Below, piece after piece: positions 27,746-36,789 of a stretch of 64,000 bases of DNA (within the stretch, counting starts at the first letter, position 1; each line of letters starts with the position of its first letter). The position numbers and the translations under genes are program-made. The DNA is from Acidobacteriota bacterium (lineage in GTDB: Bacteria; Acidobacteriota; Thermoanaerobaculia; Multivoradales; JAGPDF01), in NCBI GenBank assembly GCA_039933785.1, contig JBDTNL010000001.1, positions 69,397-133,396 on the forward strand, written 5' to 3'. Under the pieces are notes generated by a model, which was given only the letters and a program-made list of their open reading frames with translations, was not told the DNA's origin and made no database searches.

Positions 27746-28585
27746 TCAGAGCGGCAAGAGGCGGTAGGGCGGGGTGGCAAGCTCTGGCCCGCGTCGGGCA
27801 ACCAGCAGGTTGTTGCCCCACGCGTTCTTCCACAGCGGCACGGAGCGCAGCATTTCCCGATAAAGCCCGCGCCACCCCTTCGGTTCGGCGCGGTGCGGGA
27901 AGGTGGTGTGCTCGATGACCTCCATGCCGAGTCCGCGGAGGTAGCGCGCCACCTGCTGAGACTGCGCGATGTGGACGGCGTCGGCGTCGGGGAGGTAGCC
28001 CTCGGTGAGCACGCTCGGATTGCGCACGGTGTCGAATCGATGGCCGCCGGCGAGGGCGCCGCGAACCTGTCGCCAGGTCCGGCGTATCGTCACTTCCAGT
28101 CGCCGGCTCCGCGGCAGGCTGGGTGGGTACTCGTAGGGGAGATCCCAGGTGGAGCCGATGATCATGAGCAATCCGCCCGGGCGGACGATGCGCGCGGCCT
28201 CGCGGAGCGTCTTGCCGGGGTCGTGAAAGTGCTCGAGAGCGTAGGTCGAGAGCACGGCGTCGAAGGCGCCGTCGCCAAATGGTAGCGCTTCACTATCGCC
28301 GCGCACGCGGTCGCCGGGGCGCTTGGCTTCGGCGGCCATGAGCAAGCCCACGAGCGAAACATCGAGGCCGGTGTAGCGGCAGCCGACGGGCAGCCACAGG
28401 GCGTTCTCGCACGAACCGCTGCCGAGATCGAGCACGCGCTCGCCGCCGCGCAGGTGCGCGAGCATGCGTTGGCGCTCGGGAGACGCCGCCGGATTCGCGG
28501 CGGCGGCCATGGCGTAGTACTCGCGGCTTTGGTTCCAGAAGGCGGCAAGATCTTGCTTGTTGGTGGGGCTGGACATGCGCTGCAA
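27746..28585 (-). CDS. Class I SAM-dependent methyltransferase
   Basis: …GERVLDLGSGSCENALWLPVGCRYTGLDVS…FDAVLSTYALEHFHDP…RPGGLLMI (motifs I, II, post-II). Confidence 0.7.
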   Translation of the reverse strand: MQRMSSPTNKQDLAAFWNQSREYYAMAAAANPAASPERQRMLAHLRGGERVLDLGSGSCENALWLPVGCRYTGLDVSLVGLLMAAEAKRPGDRVRGDSEALPFGDGAFDAVLSTYALEHFHDPGKTLREAARIVRPGGLLMIIGSTWDLPYEYPPSLPRSRRLEVTIRRTWRQVRGALAGGHRFDTVRNPSVLTEGYLPDADAVHIAQSQQVARYLRGLGMEVIEHTTFPHRAEPKGWRGLYREMLRSVPLWKNAWGNNLLVARRGPELATPPYRLLPL

Positions 28586-28605
28586 AGCTTAACAGTCGCT
28601 TCGCG

Positions 28606-30228
28606 TTGTATCGTTTGCAGGTCTTGTCTGCCTCTGTGGATCGCCGCATTCGGAGCCTGTCTTGGGCGAGCGCCGCGGTCTGTCTGGTCACTCGCTTGCC
28701 GTTCGTCGCCCGGCGTTTGTGGGATCACGATTCTGTTCAGTTTGCGCTTGGGGTCGAGCACTACGACCTGGCAGCGCATCAGCCGCATCCGCCTGGGTAC
28801 CCTTTGTACATCGCGCTGCTGAAGGTCTTGGCCTTGGTGGGCGTCTCGCCGGGGAGTGGCATGGTGGCGCTCACGTTGATCGCGAGTGCAGGTGGCGCGG
28901 CGTGCATGCCGTTGTTGGTGGCTCGGCTGCTGGAGTCGCCAGTGAGCGAAGAGGAGTCGGTGTTCGGATCGGCGCTCCTTGCGGCGGCGCTGTTCGTGTT
29001 CAATCCCTTGCTGTGGTTCTACGGCGAGCTGCCGTTGCTCTATGCGGTCGAGGGCGCGTTGACCGTCGTGCTCGCCTGGGCGGCGGCTCGGATGGGGCTT
29101 GGCACCGGGGCCGTCGTTTGGGCTGCCGTGTTGTTGGCCCTTGCGGGTGGTCTGCGGCCGTCGAGCCTCGTCCTTCTCGCGCCGATGTTCTTGTTTGGCC
29201 TCTGGCGCACCTGGCGAAAAGGCGCAGTGAAGCCCGCTGGAATTCTGCTCGCCGCGGCGGTGGGAGGCGGGCTGGTCCTCGCCTGGGCTCTGCCGCTGTT
29301 CGCGGCCGCGGGTGGGTACGCAGCTTGGAAGCACATCAACGACGAGCACTTCCGAACGCTTCTGCCCACCACGTCGGTCCTCTACGGCGCGGGTATCGGA
29401 GCCCTGCGCCACAACGCGTTGGTGATCGCGAAGTGGGCCGTTCAGGGTTTGTTTCCCGGAGCGGTCGTGCTTCTCTGGTGGATGGTTCGGGCGCCCAGTC
29501 GCGTGCGTGAGGGCGTTGGTTCGCTCGCCAATCCATTCGTGAATCGTCTCGGCTTCGTTCTCGCGTGGGGTCTACCGGCGATCCTTTTCTTTGCCTTGTT
29601 CCACATCACCAAGGCCGGTTACACGCTGGTGTACTTGCCGGCGCTGCTGGTCGGGCTGGTGCTTTTTGTGGCGCCGTTCAAACCCTCGTGGAAGAGCGCC
29701 GGGGCGGTCGCGTTGATCGGAGCCGCGCTCTACTTCGTGGGCCCGAGTCGCGTTGCGGGAGAGCCGTGGTGGCAGATCCCTTGGCGCGACGAGTTCCACG
29801 CCAGCGAGATCCGTGGGTTCGAGAGCGAGCTCGATTCGGTGCGGGCGATTGCGGGGCGGTTCTCGCCGGCGAGCACGGTGCTGGTCACGGTCGAGCTCGC
29901 GGGCGGCGGTGACGGCGGCGCGAGCGGTTTTCTTTATTCGTGGCATCGGCATTTGCAGTGGTACTTGCCGGCATTCACCGTGCTGTCGCTCGCCCCGGAG
30001 CAGCACCTGGCGTTGCGCATGCGCGGGCACTCTCCGTTCGAGACCGTGGGGCAGCGGATCGAGGTGCCCGCCGGCACCGACCGCCTGGTGTTCGTGCTGG
30101 CGGCGCCGCCGGACTCGCGGTTCGTGTTACCGCCGGGCGAGGCGCTGTTTCGCGGTGAGCGCTTCTACGTCTGGAGCGCGCCGCTGCCGGCCGATGGGCG
30201 ACTGGGGCCCTTCGAGTTGGTCCCCTAA
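28606..30228 (+). CDS. DUF2723 / TMEM260-like polytopic membrane protein (GT-C-fold glycosyltransferase-like)
   Basis: …RLWDHDSVQFALGVEHYDLAAHQPHPPGYPLYIALLKV… The HPPGYPL motif and multi-TM topology are characteristic of DUF2723/TMEM260-type protein O-mannosyltransferase-like proteins. ~12 TM helices plus a C-terminal soluble domain. Confidence 0.55.
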   Translation: MYRLQVLSASVDRRIRSLSWASAAVCLVTRLPFVARRLWDHDSVQFALGVEHYDLAAHQPHPPGYPLYIALLKVLALVGVSPGSGMVALTLIASAGGAACMPLLVARLLESPVSEEESVFGSALLAAALFVFNPLLWFYGELPLLYAVEGALTVVLAWAAARMGLGTGAVVWAAVLLALAGGLRPSSLVLLAPMFLFGLWRTWRKGAVKPAGILLAAAVGGGLVLAWALPLFAAAGGYAAWKHINDEHFRTLLPTTSVLYGAGIGALRHNALVIAKWAVQGLFPGAVVLLWWMVRAPSRVREGVGSLANPFVNRLGFVLAWGLPAILFFALFHITKAGYTLVYLPALLVGLVLFVAPFKPSWKSAGAVALIGAALYFVGPSRVAGEPWWQIPWRDEFHASEIRGFESELDSVRAIAGRFSPASTVLVTVELAGGGDGGASGFLYSWHRHLQWYLPAFTVLSLAPEQHLALRMRGHSPFETVGQRIEVPAGTDRLVFVLAAPPDSRFVLPPGEALFRGERFYVWSAPLPADGRLGPFELVP

Positions 30229-30240
30229 CTCGCGTCGCAC

Positions 30241-31821
30241 TCAGGGCACGGTTCGGGTCCCGGGCTTTGGTGGCTCCAGGGTCACGCGCCACGTCGTGAC
30301 TCCGGCGGCGCGTGAGACCAGCTCGAGTCCGGGTGGCGGCGCGCCCTCGCCGAGCAGCGCTCGCGGGCGGTCGCGCAGATCGATCGCGTCGGCGACCAGG
30401 AACGCCACTCGCCGTTTGCGCAGGGTTTCGATGAGCGTGTCGAGGTAGAGCGCCGGCATTGCGATTTGCTCGCCGAAGGCGTCAGGAATCGCGAGATAGG
30501 AGTGAGCGAGGTAGCGCTCGAGAAACGGTGACGTTCCCGCGAGACCCTGGCCGGGCGGAAGCTGGCGCTCCAGCCCCTGGAGAGCCGCGACGTCGGCGTA
30601 AGGATGCAGCTCGATGAACGCGGGCAGGCGGAAGACCGCGGTTTTGACTGCCAGCACGGCGACCAGCGCCGCGGCCACCGCGGCGAGCACGCGCCGGCGG
30701 GGGAGATCGAGGTCGAGACTGAGCGCGCCGGCCGCGGTGCAAGCGGCGGCCGCGGGCAGCAAGATCAGGAGAAAACGCCCCCAGGCAAAGAACGCTGTTG
30801 CAACGCCGAACGTGAAGAGAGCGAGCGTCGCGAGCAGCCAGATCGCTGGGCGAGAATGCCGCCGCACACAGAGCGCCGCACCGGCGGCCGCGGCGAGGAC
30901 GTGGAGCGGTGTGCCGAGCAGCTGAGCGAGGCCCCCGGCGATCAAGCGCCAAAGCTCGCTTCCGGCGCCCGCGATGACCGCGCCGGGCTCGCTGCGCAGG
31001 ATCTGACCGAAGCTTCCGCCAGCGGGAATCGCGGCCAGCTTCGACCAGTCCGGGTAGCCGTGCAGCTTCCACAGCAAGTTCTTCCAGTTCTCGTCGTAGA
31101 GGGCGCTGCCGAACAGGTGAGCGCGCAGGATCCAATGCGGAGTCAGTACCGCTGCGGCGAGCAGTGCGGCCGCAGCGAGATGGCTGGTCCTTCGGAGCTC
31201 CCTGCCCCCACCGCGCTCACTGCGAGCGCTCAACCACCAAGCCGCAAGCAGGCCGGGAAGGATGAGTACCGCGTTCCCTCGCGTACATGCGGCGGCGCCG
31301 TATGCGAGTCCGGCGCAGAGCGCGGCCGTGGTGCTTGGGCGCTCCAGGTAGGCGAGCCCGGCGAGCAGCGCCGCTCCAGCCAAGGCGGCGAAAGGCATGT
31401 CGGTGGTGACGTGCTGGCCGAGGATCCAGGTGCTGGGATTCGCGGCCACCAAGGCCATGGCCAATGCGCCCGCGAGCCCGCCGTGAGAGTCACCAGCGAG
31501 CCGCCGACCGAAGGCGAAGGCGAGCCATGCCAGCGCCGCCGCCGACAGGTTGCTTAGCAGGCGCGCCGTGCCGAAGGTATCGCCGGTGAGTCGCCCGAGC
31601 GCCGCGATCGCGTAGGGATAGAGCGGCGGCCGAAAGGCGTCGACGGGCGCGTTGCCGGCGAGGATCTGATCGGCCTGCGCTACATAACCATCGCGCTCGG
31701 CGGTACCTGCTTCCTCGACCCAGTGGAACCTGGCACCGAAGATCGCGAGACCGAGAAAGAGCGCCAACGCAGCGAGAGCGGCGAGGGCGGCAGGTCGATC
31801 CTGGCGAAGGGCGAGCAGCAT
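30241..31821 (-). CDS. Polytopic membrane glycosyltransferase, GT-C fold (GT39/GT83 PMT_2/ArnT-like)
   Basis: MLLALRQDRPAALAALAALALFLGLAIFGARFHWVEEAGTAERDGYVAQADQIL…PPLYPYAIAAL… (acidic loop motif), followed by ~11 TM helices and a C-terminal soluble domain. Confidence 0.6.
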   Translation of the reverse strand: MLLALRQDRPAALAALAALALFLGLAIFGARFHWVEEAGTAERDGYVAQADQILAGNAPVDAFRPPLYPYAIAALGRLTGDTFGTARLLSNLSAAALAWLAFAFGRRLAGDSHGGLAGALAMALVAANPSTWILGQHVTTDMPFAALAGAALLAGLAYLERPSTTAALCAGLAYGAAACTRGNAVLILPGLLAAWWLSARSERGGGRELRRTSHLAAAALLAAAVLTPHWILRAHLFGSALYDENWKNLLWKLHGYPDWSKLAAIPAGGSFGQILRSEPGAVIAGAGSELWRLIAGGLAQLLGTPLHVLAAAAGAALCVRRHSRPAIWLLATLALFTFGVATAFFAWGRFLLILLPAAAACTAAGALSLDLDLPRRRVLAAVAAALVAVLAVKTAVFRLPAFIELHPYADVAALQGLERQLPPGQGLAGTSPFLERYLAHSYLAIPDAFGEQIAMPALYLDTLIETLRKRRVAFLVADAIDLRDRPRALLGEGAPPPGLELVSRAAGVTTWRVTLEPPKPGTRTVP

Positions 31822-31842
31822 GGAGGTGAAGCGTAGCCGAGG

Positions 31843-34089
31843 TCAGTCACCGAGGTAGCCGAGCGCCTTCAGCCGGCTGCGCTCCTCGGCGTCGAGCACC
31901 GGCTCCTGCGCGGCGTCGGCAAGCTCGGGCGAGCCGGCGGACATCCAGCGTAGAAGCTCCGCACGCAGCCACGCCGCATCGATGTTGGGCTCGCCGGCGA
32001 GGTTGGTAAGCTCCTCGGGATCGGCGGCGAGATCGAACACGAACTCGGGATCGCGCACGTGGCCGGCGCCGCCGCCCATGCCCCATTGCAGTCCCGAACG
32101 CGGCGCCAGCGCGACCTTCAGCGTGTGCCAGCGGGCGGCGAAGATGCCGCCGCGCACGGCCGATGCCGCGGCGAAGCGCGGCCTCTCGTCTTCCGCGGCG
32201 GGGCGCGGCGCGAGGAGCGAGTGTCCCGAGCTGCCGGCCGGCGGCGTCGCGTTGGCGAGGTCGAGCAAGGTGGCGAATAGGTCCAAGGTATCGGTGGGCT
32301 TCTCGACGCGCTGCGGAGCGATCCGTCCCGGCGACCACAGCACGAGCGGGATGTGGAGCATCTCTTCGTAGAGCGTGTAGCCGTGCAGGACTCCGCCGTG
32401 CTCGAAGAGCTCCTCGCCGTGATCGGCGGTGACCGCGACGACCACCTCTCCCGGCGCGCGATTGCGCGTCGCCTCCTCGATCAGACCCCCGAGCTCTCGA
32501 TCGGCATAGGCGAGCGATGCGGCATAGAGGCCCTTCACGCGCTCGCGATCGGCAGGCGTTGCTTGTTTGGTTCCGCGGTCAAGGGCGCGCAGGGTGTTGG
32601 TATCGCCCTTGATGCGCGAAGCGATGCCCGCGGTGAAGAGCCGCTCGAGGTCCGGCGGCGGAAAGTACGGATTGTGCGGATGGATGACGTGGACGTAAAG
32701 AAACCCGCGATCTCCCGGGCCCAGGGAGTGAATCCATTCGATCGCCGCGCGCCCTGCGCGAGCCGCGTTGTCGTTGAAGACGGGTTCGCGATCGGTGGGG
32801 GGGAACTTGACTCCCGGCGCGTCGAAGTCGAAGCCGCGCACCATTCCATAGGTGGGGCTTACGTTCTGATTGCCGGAGACGATCGCCGTGCGGTAGCCGG
32901 CGCCGTGCATGAGCTCGGCGAGGGTCGGCAGTTCAGCGGGCAGCATGGATCCGCCGCCGGCGCGCCAGGTTCGTCCGCTGAACAAGCTCTTGGTCGACGG
33001 CAGCGTGTTCGGGGCGACACTGTGGTGAACGGTGAACGTGAGGCCCTCGCGCGCCAGGCGATCGATCGTGGGAGAACGCACCGTCCGGAGCGGGTCGTTG
33101 CCTGCACCTTGCAACCGCAGATGACCCACGCGGTCGGCACGCAGTGCATCCAGCAGATAGACCACGATCAAGCGAGGAGGCTGCATCTCGGTGGCAGTGC
33201 CGGCCGGCTGCGCCGGCTCGGCCCGGTCTGCCGACACCGCCGGCTCCGCAGACCGAGCGGCGTTCTCGATATGGAGAGCGCGCCACCGCGCCGGAGGGCC
33301 TTGGCCGCGCGCCAGCAGGCGGACGCGGACCGCGCCGTCGGCGGGCAGTGCCAACGTCAGGTCGAGCGTCGCCGCTCGACCGGGAGTCCAGGCGAAGCGC
33401 GCCTGCTCGGCGCCGTGGGCGTCGTCCACGCTGAGCACGAAGCGCTGTCCGGGCTGGGCGCCTTTGGGCGGCACGAACGAGCCGCGCAGGGTCTTCTCTC
33501 CGCCGTCCGCGGGCCGCGCGAACAGCTCGACCAGGGAATCGCCACTCTGCAGGAGGTCCTCGCCTTCGAGTCGAGCCTCGCCTGCGGGCAGCGAGGACGA
33601 GAGGCCGGCACCCGAGACCGCGACCTCGCCCTCGAGGCGCAGGTCGATCGGTACTCGGCCGAGCGGCAGATCCGCCGGCAGGGGCACTCGCAGCGGATCG
33701 CTGAGCGCGATCGCGGGCAGCTCGCGACCACCGCCGCGTCCACCGATGCGTACGGTCGCATGGCGCGGATCGCCGGGCATGACGCCTTCGAGATCGAGCA
33801 GCAGCTCGCGCGACCCACCGCCAAGGTCGACGATCTCGAGCCGCGACCAGTCGCGGGTCTGCGCATAGAGCACGCGTTTGCCGTCGCGCCAGCCACGCCA
33901 GCCGCTGAGAAATCGATTGCCCGCGAGATCGGGCGGCGGCGCCAGGCGCCGGGTTTCGACCAGGAGCTCGAACGGTGGATCGCCGTGCCACAGCAGATCG
34001 TGCGGCGCCGGGGGAGGCGCCAGCGCTCGGCACCCTAGAGCGCCGAGCGCCAGGATCGCGAGGCCGGCCTTTGCTTCGTGGAGCGCCAT
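31843..34089 (-). CDS. Secreted sulfatase-family (alkaline-phosphatase superfamily) enzyme with ~330-aa N-terminal domain of unknown function
   Basis: Signal peptide MALHEAKAGLAILALGALGCRALA. The N-terminal beta-rich region has no recognisable motif. C-terminal half: …PPRLIVVYLLDALRADRVGHL…RSPTIDRLAREGLTFTVHHSVAPNTLPSTKSLFSGRTW…VVAVTADHGEELFEHGGVLHGYTLYEEMLHIPLVLW. Confidence 0.65.
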   Translation of the reverse strand: MALHEAKAGLAILALGALGCRALAPPPAPHDLLWHGDPPFELLVETRRLAPPPDLAGNRFLSGWRGWRDGKRVLYAQTRDWSRLEIVDLGGGSRELLLDLEGVMPGDPRHATVRIGGRGGGRELPAIALSDPLRVPLPADLPLGRVPIDLRLEGEVAVSGAGLSSSLPAGEARLEGEDLLQSGDSLVELFARPADGGEKTLRGSFVPPKGAQPGQRFVLSVDDAHGAEQARFAWTPGRAATLDLTLALPADGAVRVRLLARGQGPPARWRALHIENAARSAEPAVSADRAEPAQPAGTATEMQPPRLIVVYLLDALRADRVGHLRLQGAGNDPLRTVRSPTIDRLAREGLTFTVHHSVAPNTLPSTKSLFSGRTWRAGGGSMLPAELPTLAELMHGAGYRTAIVSGNQNVSPTYGMVRGFDFDAPGVKFPPTDREPVFNDNAARAGRAAIEWIHSLGPGDRGFLYVHVIHPHNPYFPPPDLERLFTAGIASRIKGDTNTLRALDRGTKQATPADRERVKGLYAASLAYADRELGGLIEEATRNRAPGEVVVAVTADHGEELFEHGGVLHGYTLYEEMLHIPLVLWSPGRIAPQRVEKPTDTLDLFATLLDLANATPPAGSSGHSLLAPRPAAEDERPRFAAASAVRGGIFAARWHTLKVALAPRSGLQWGMGGGAGHVRDPEFVFDLAADPEELTNLAGEPNIDAAWLRAELLRWMSAGSPELADAAQEPVLDAEERSRLKALGYLGD

Positions 34090-34165
34090 TCCCCCGATGA
34101 TCGCATTCGAACCCCGTCCGAGACAAAGCTGGGCTCGCTGCCGGGGCGCTCTTCGTCGAGACGGT

Positions 34166-36631
34166 CTATCGCGAGACGCGATCGCCGGCCGAGAGGAGCT
34201 TGGCTGGTTGAACACGGGAAGCCTGAAGGGCCGGGGCGAGCGCGGCGAGAGCCACGGCGGCGAGCACCACCACTGCGCTCAGTCCCAGAGCGCGCGGATC
34301 GAAGGGGCCGACGCCGAAGAGCACCGAGCGCAGAGCCGTCGACGACGCGGCGCCGCTTGCCGCTCCGAGCAGAATACCGACCGTGCCGCTCCACATCGCG
34401 CCGCGCAGCACGTGCAGGAGCAGTCGGCGACCATCGGCGCCGAGGGCGCTACGAATGCCGAGCTCGGCGCGGCGCTGAGCCACCGAATGGGTGATGACGG
34501 CGAATACGCCGGCAGCGGCGAGGATCAGCGCCAGGAGACCGAAGGCCGAGAACAGGCGCGCGAGCTGCCGGCGCGGACCCATCGCGGCGTCGACGAAGCG
34601 CGAGACGAATCCGGGGCGCGACAGCGCCAGTTCGGGATCGATCGCCGCTGCCATCTGGCGGAGCTCGCTCTCGAAGCCACCGGGAGGAATTTGGCCGCGC
34701 ACCGCGAGCTCGAGCTCGATGTCGAAGCGTCCGTTGCTCTGCGCGAGCGGAATATAGATCTGAATCCGCGACGGCGTCTCGAGGGCGTAGTGGCGGACGT
34801 TGCTGGTGACGCCGACGACGGTACGCACCTCGGCCATGTTGTTCCCGTTAGCGTCCTTGGCCGGCGCCTCGATCACCACTCGCTGCCCGATCGGGTTCTG
34901 GTTCGGCCAGTAGCGCGCGGCCATGGTTTCGTCGACCATGGCAACCAGCGGCGCGCCGACGCGATCGGCCGAGGTGAAGCCACGGCCGCGCAAGAGCGGA
35001 ACTCCGAGCGTTGCCAGCGAGTCCTCGGAGACCAAGTTAAAGAGGACGGAGTCCGCCTTGTCGACATTCATCGGCCCCTGTCCGGACTGGATGCGCATCT
35101 CCCACGAGCGATGGGAGAGCGGCAGCGTCAGCGTGGCGGCGGCATGCTCGACGCCCGGCAGGCGGCGCGCGCCTTCGACCAGGCGCTCGTAGGTGGACTG
35201 CCACGCCGCCTCGGTCGCGAAGTGGTGGTTCGGCGCCACGATGCGGGTCGCGTAGACCCCGCTGACGTCGAATCCCTTGTCAACCCGGCCGACCAGAGTC
35301 TCGCTGCGCGTGAGCAGCGAGGCGAGCGTCACCAGGATCACCGTGATGGCAACCTCGGTCACTAGCAGCCCGGCTCGTGAGCCCTGTCTTGGACGAAGGA
35401 AACGGCGAGTGCGCGACGGGGACGCCGCCGGGCGCGGGCCCTGTCCTTGGCTCGCGATCGCCGGGACCAGCGTGAGGACCAGCCCGGAGAGCAGAGCGAG
35501 CACTGCGATCGTCGCGGCGACCGCGGAGTCGATCCGCAGCGTGCGCAAGAAGGTGGGGACCGTGGCGTCCGCCAGAAGGGGCCCCGCGAGACGGAGCGCC
35601 CCCCAGGCGAGTACTCCACCGAGGACGCAGGTGGCGAGCGCCAGGGTCAGACTCTCCCAGGCGAGCAGGCGCAGGAGCATCGCCCGACTGGCGCCGAGCG
35701 CGGTGCGGACACTGAGCTCGCCGCGGCGTTCCTCGGCGCGCGCCAACGCCAAGTGCACGGCATTCGCCGTCGCCAGCCCATAGAGCAACAGCACGGCGAG
35801 TGCGGCGAGCCGGCCCGAGGTGGCGCGCGAGCCGAGCTCGGCGGCGCGCATGTCCTTCACCAGCGGCTTCGCCACCGGTTTGCCGGCCGCCGCGCCGACC
35901 TCGCGCCAGACGCGCTGCATGTCGGCGTCGGCCGCCGCGAGAGTGACACCAAGCTTCAGGCGGGCGAGCGCGCGGGTGCCGAACGAGCTGTCGCGATCGT
36001 TCCAGGGCAGGTCGCCCGAGAACGCGCCCATGGGCACGAACAGCTCGGTGTCAGCGTCAGGGAATGCGTAGCTTGAAGGGAGCACCCCGGCAATGGTGAA
36101 GCTCCGGCCGTCGAGCACCACGGCTTGACCGAGGATCGCGGGATCGCCGCCGAAGCGACGCTGCCACGAGGCATAGCTCAAGACCGCCACCGACTCGGCG
36201 CCCGGCTTGGTGTCGCCGGCTGCGAACAGGCGGCCCCGCGCGGCCTCGACGCCGAGCGTCTGGAAGAAGTCGCCCAGCACCAGCTCGGTGTTCACCACCT
36301 GTGTCGGGCCGCGGCCGGAGAGCATGAAGCTCCAGGAGGCGCTCGCCCCGAACTTCGAGAACGAGCGATTCTTCTCGCTCCAGTCCTGATAATTGGGAAT
36401 GGAGATCGAGATCGGGTAGCCCTTGGTGCTGATGACGTCGACGTAGACCAGCTGCGCCCCGTCCGGGAAGGGCAGCGGCGCGAAGACCGTGGCCCGAAGG
36501 ACGGCGGCCACGACGCCCACGGCGCCGAGGCCGAGCGAGAGGGTAACCAGGGCCGGCAGGGTAAAGGCTGGGCGGCGGGCGAGCGAGCGCAGAGTCAGGC
36601 GGAGTTCGGAGAGCAGTTGTTCAGCGGGCAT
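34166..36631 (-). CDS. FtsX-family duplicated ABC-transporter permease (MacB-like 'ADOP' type), 821 aa, no adjacent ATPase
   Basis: MPAEQLLSELRLTLRSLARRPAFTLPALVTLSLGLGAVGVVAAVLRATVFAPLPFPDGAQLVYV… Two MacB_PCD-like periplasmic domains are each followed by 3-4 TM FtsX modules. Internal ATG 36631 chosen. Confidence 0.7.
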   Translation of the reverse strand: MPAEQLLSELRLTLRSLARRPAFTLPALVTLSLGLGAVGVVAAVLRATVFAPLPFPDGAQLVYVDVISTKGYPISISIPNYQDWSEKNRSFSKFGASASWSFMLSGRGPTQVVNTELVLGDFFQTLGVEAARGRLFAAGDTKPGAESVAVLSYASWQRRFGGDPAILGQAVVLDGRSFTIAGVLPSSYAFPDADTELFVPMGAFSGDLPWNDRDSSFGTRALARLKLGVTLAAADADMQRVWREVGAAAGKPVAKPLVKDMRAAELGSRATSGRLAALAVLLLYGLATANAVHLALARAEERRGELSVRTALGASRAMLLRLLAWESLTLALATCVLGGVLAWGALRLAGPLLADATVPTFLRTLRIDSAVAATIAVLALLSGLVLTLVPAIASQGQGPRPAASPSRTRRFLRPRQGSRAGLLVTEVAITVILVTLASLLTRSETLVGRVDKGFDVSGVYATRIVAPNHHFATEAAWQSTYERLVEGARRLPGVEHAAATLTLPLSHRSWEMRIQSGQGPMNVDKADSVLFNLVSEDSLATLGVPLLRGRGFTSADRVGAPLVAMVDETMAARYWPNQNPIGQRVVIEAPAKDANGNNMAEVRTVVGVTSNVRHYALETPSRIQIYIPLAQSNGRFDIELELAVRGQIPPGGFESELRQMAAAIDPELALSRPGFVSRFVDAAMGPRRQLARLFSAFGLLALILAAAGVFAVITHSVAQRRAELGIRSALGADGRRLLLHVLRGAMWSGTVGILLGAASGAASSTALRSVLFGVGPFDPRALGLSAVVVLAAVALAALAPALQASRVQPAKLLSAGDRVSR

Positions 36632-36789
36632 GGAGCCTCCTGAGTAATGAGTACGGGCCGGCGAGAAAAGGGTTACCGGAAGGGCTCGGCTTTCTCTAGT
36701 CGCCGTTTGCCCCCTGGTTCTCGGCTCCGCTAGTCTTGGGCCTGCCGGACACCCCGCTCGATCGCTGACTAGCCGCAAAGGATTGCTTT

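Noticed and set aside
32353-35365. Plus-strand ORFs 32353..34038 (561 aa) and 33878..35365 (495 aa)
   Set aside because: Antisense to the sulfatase and ADOP permease genes. No motifs, extreme Arg/Gly content.
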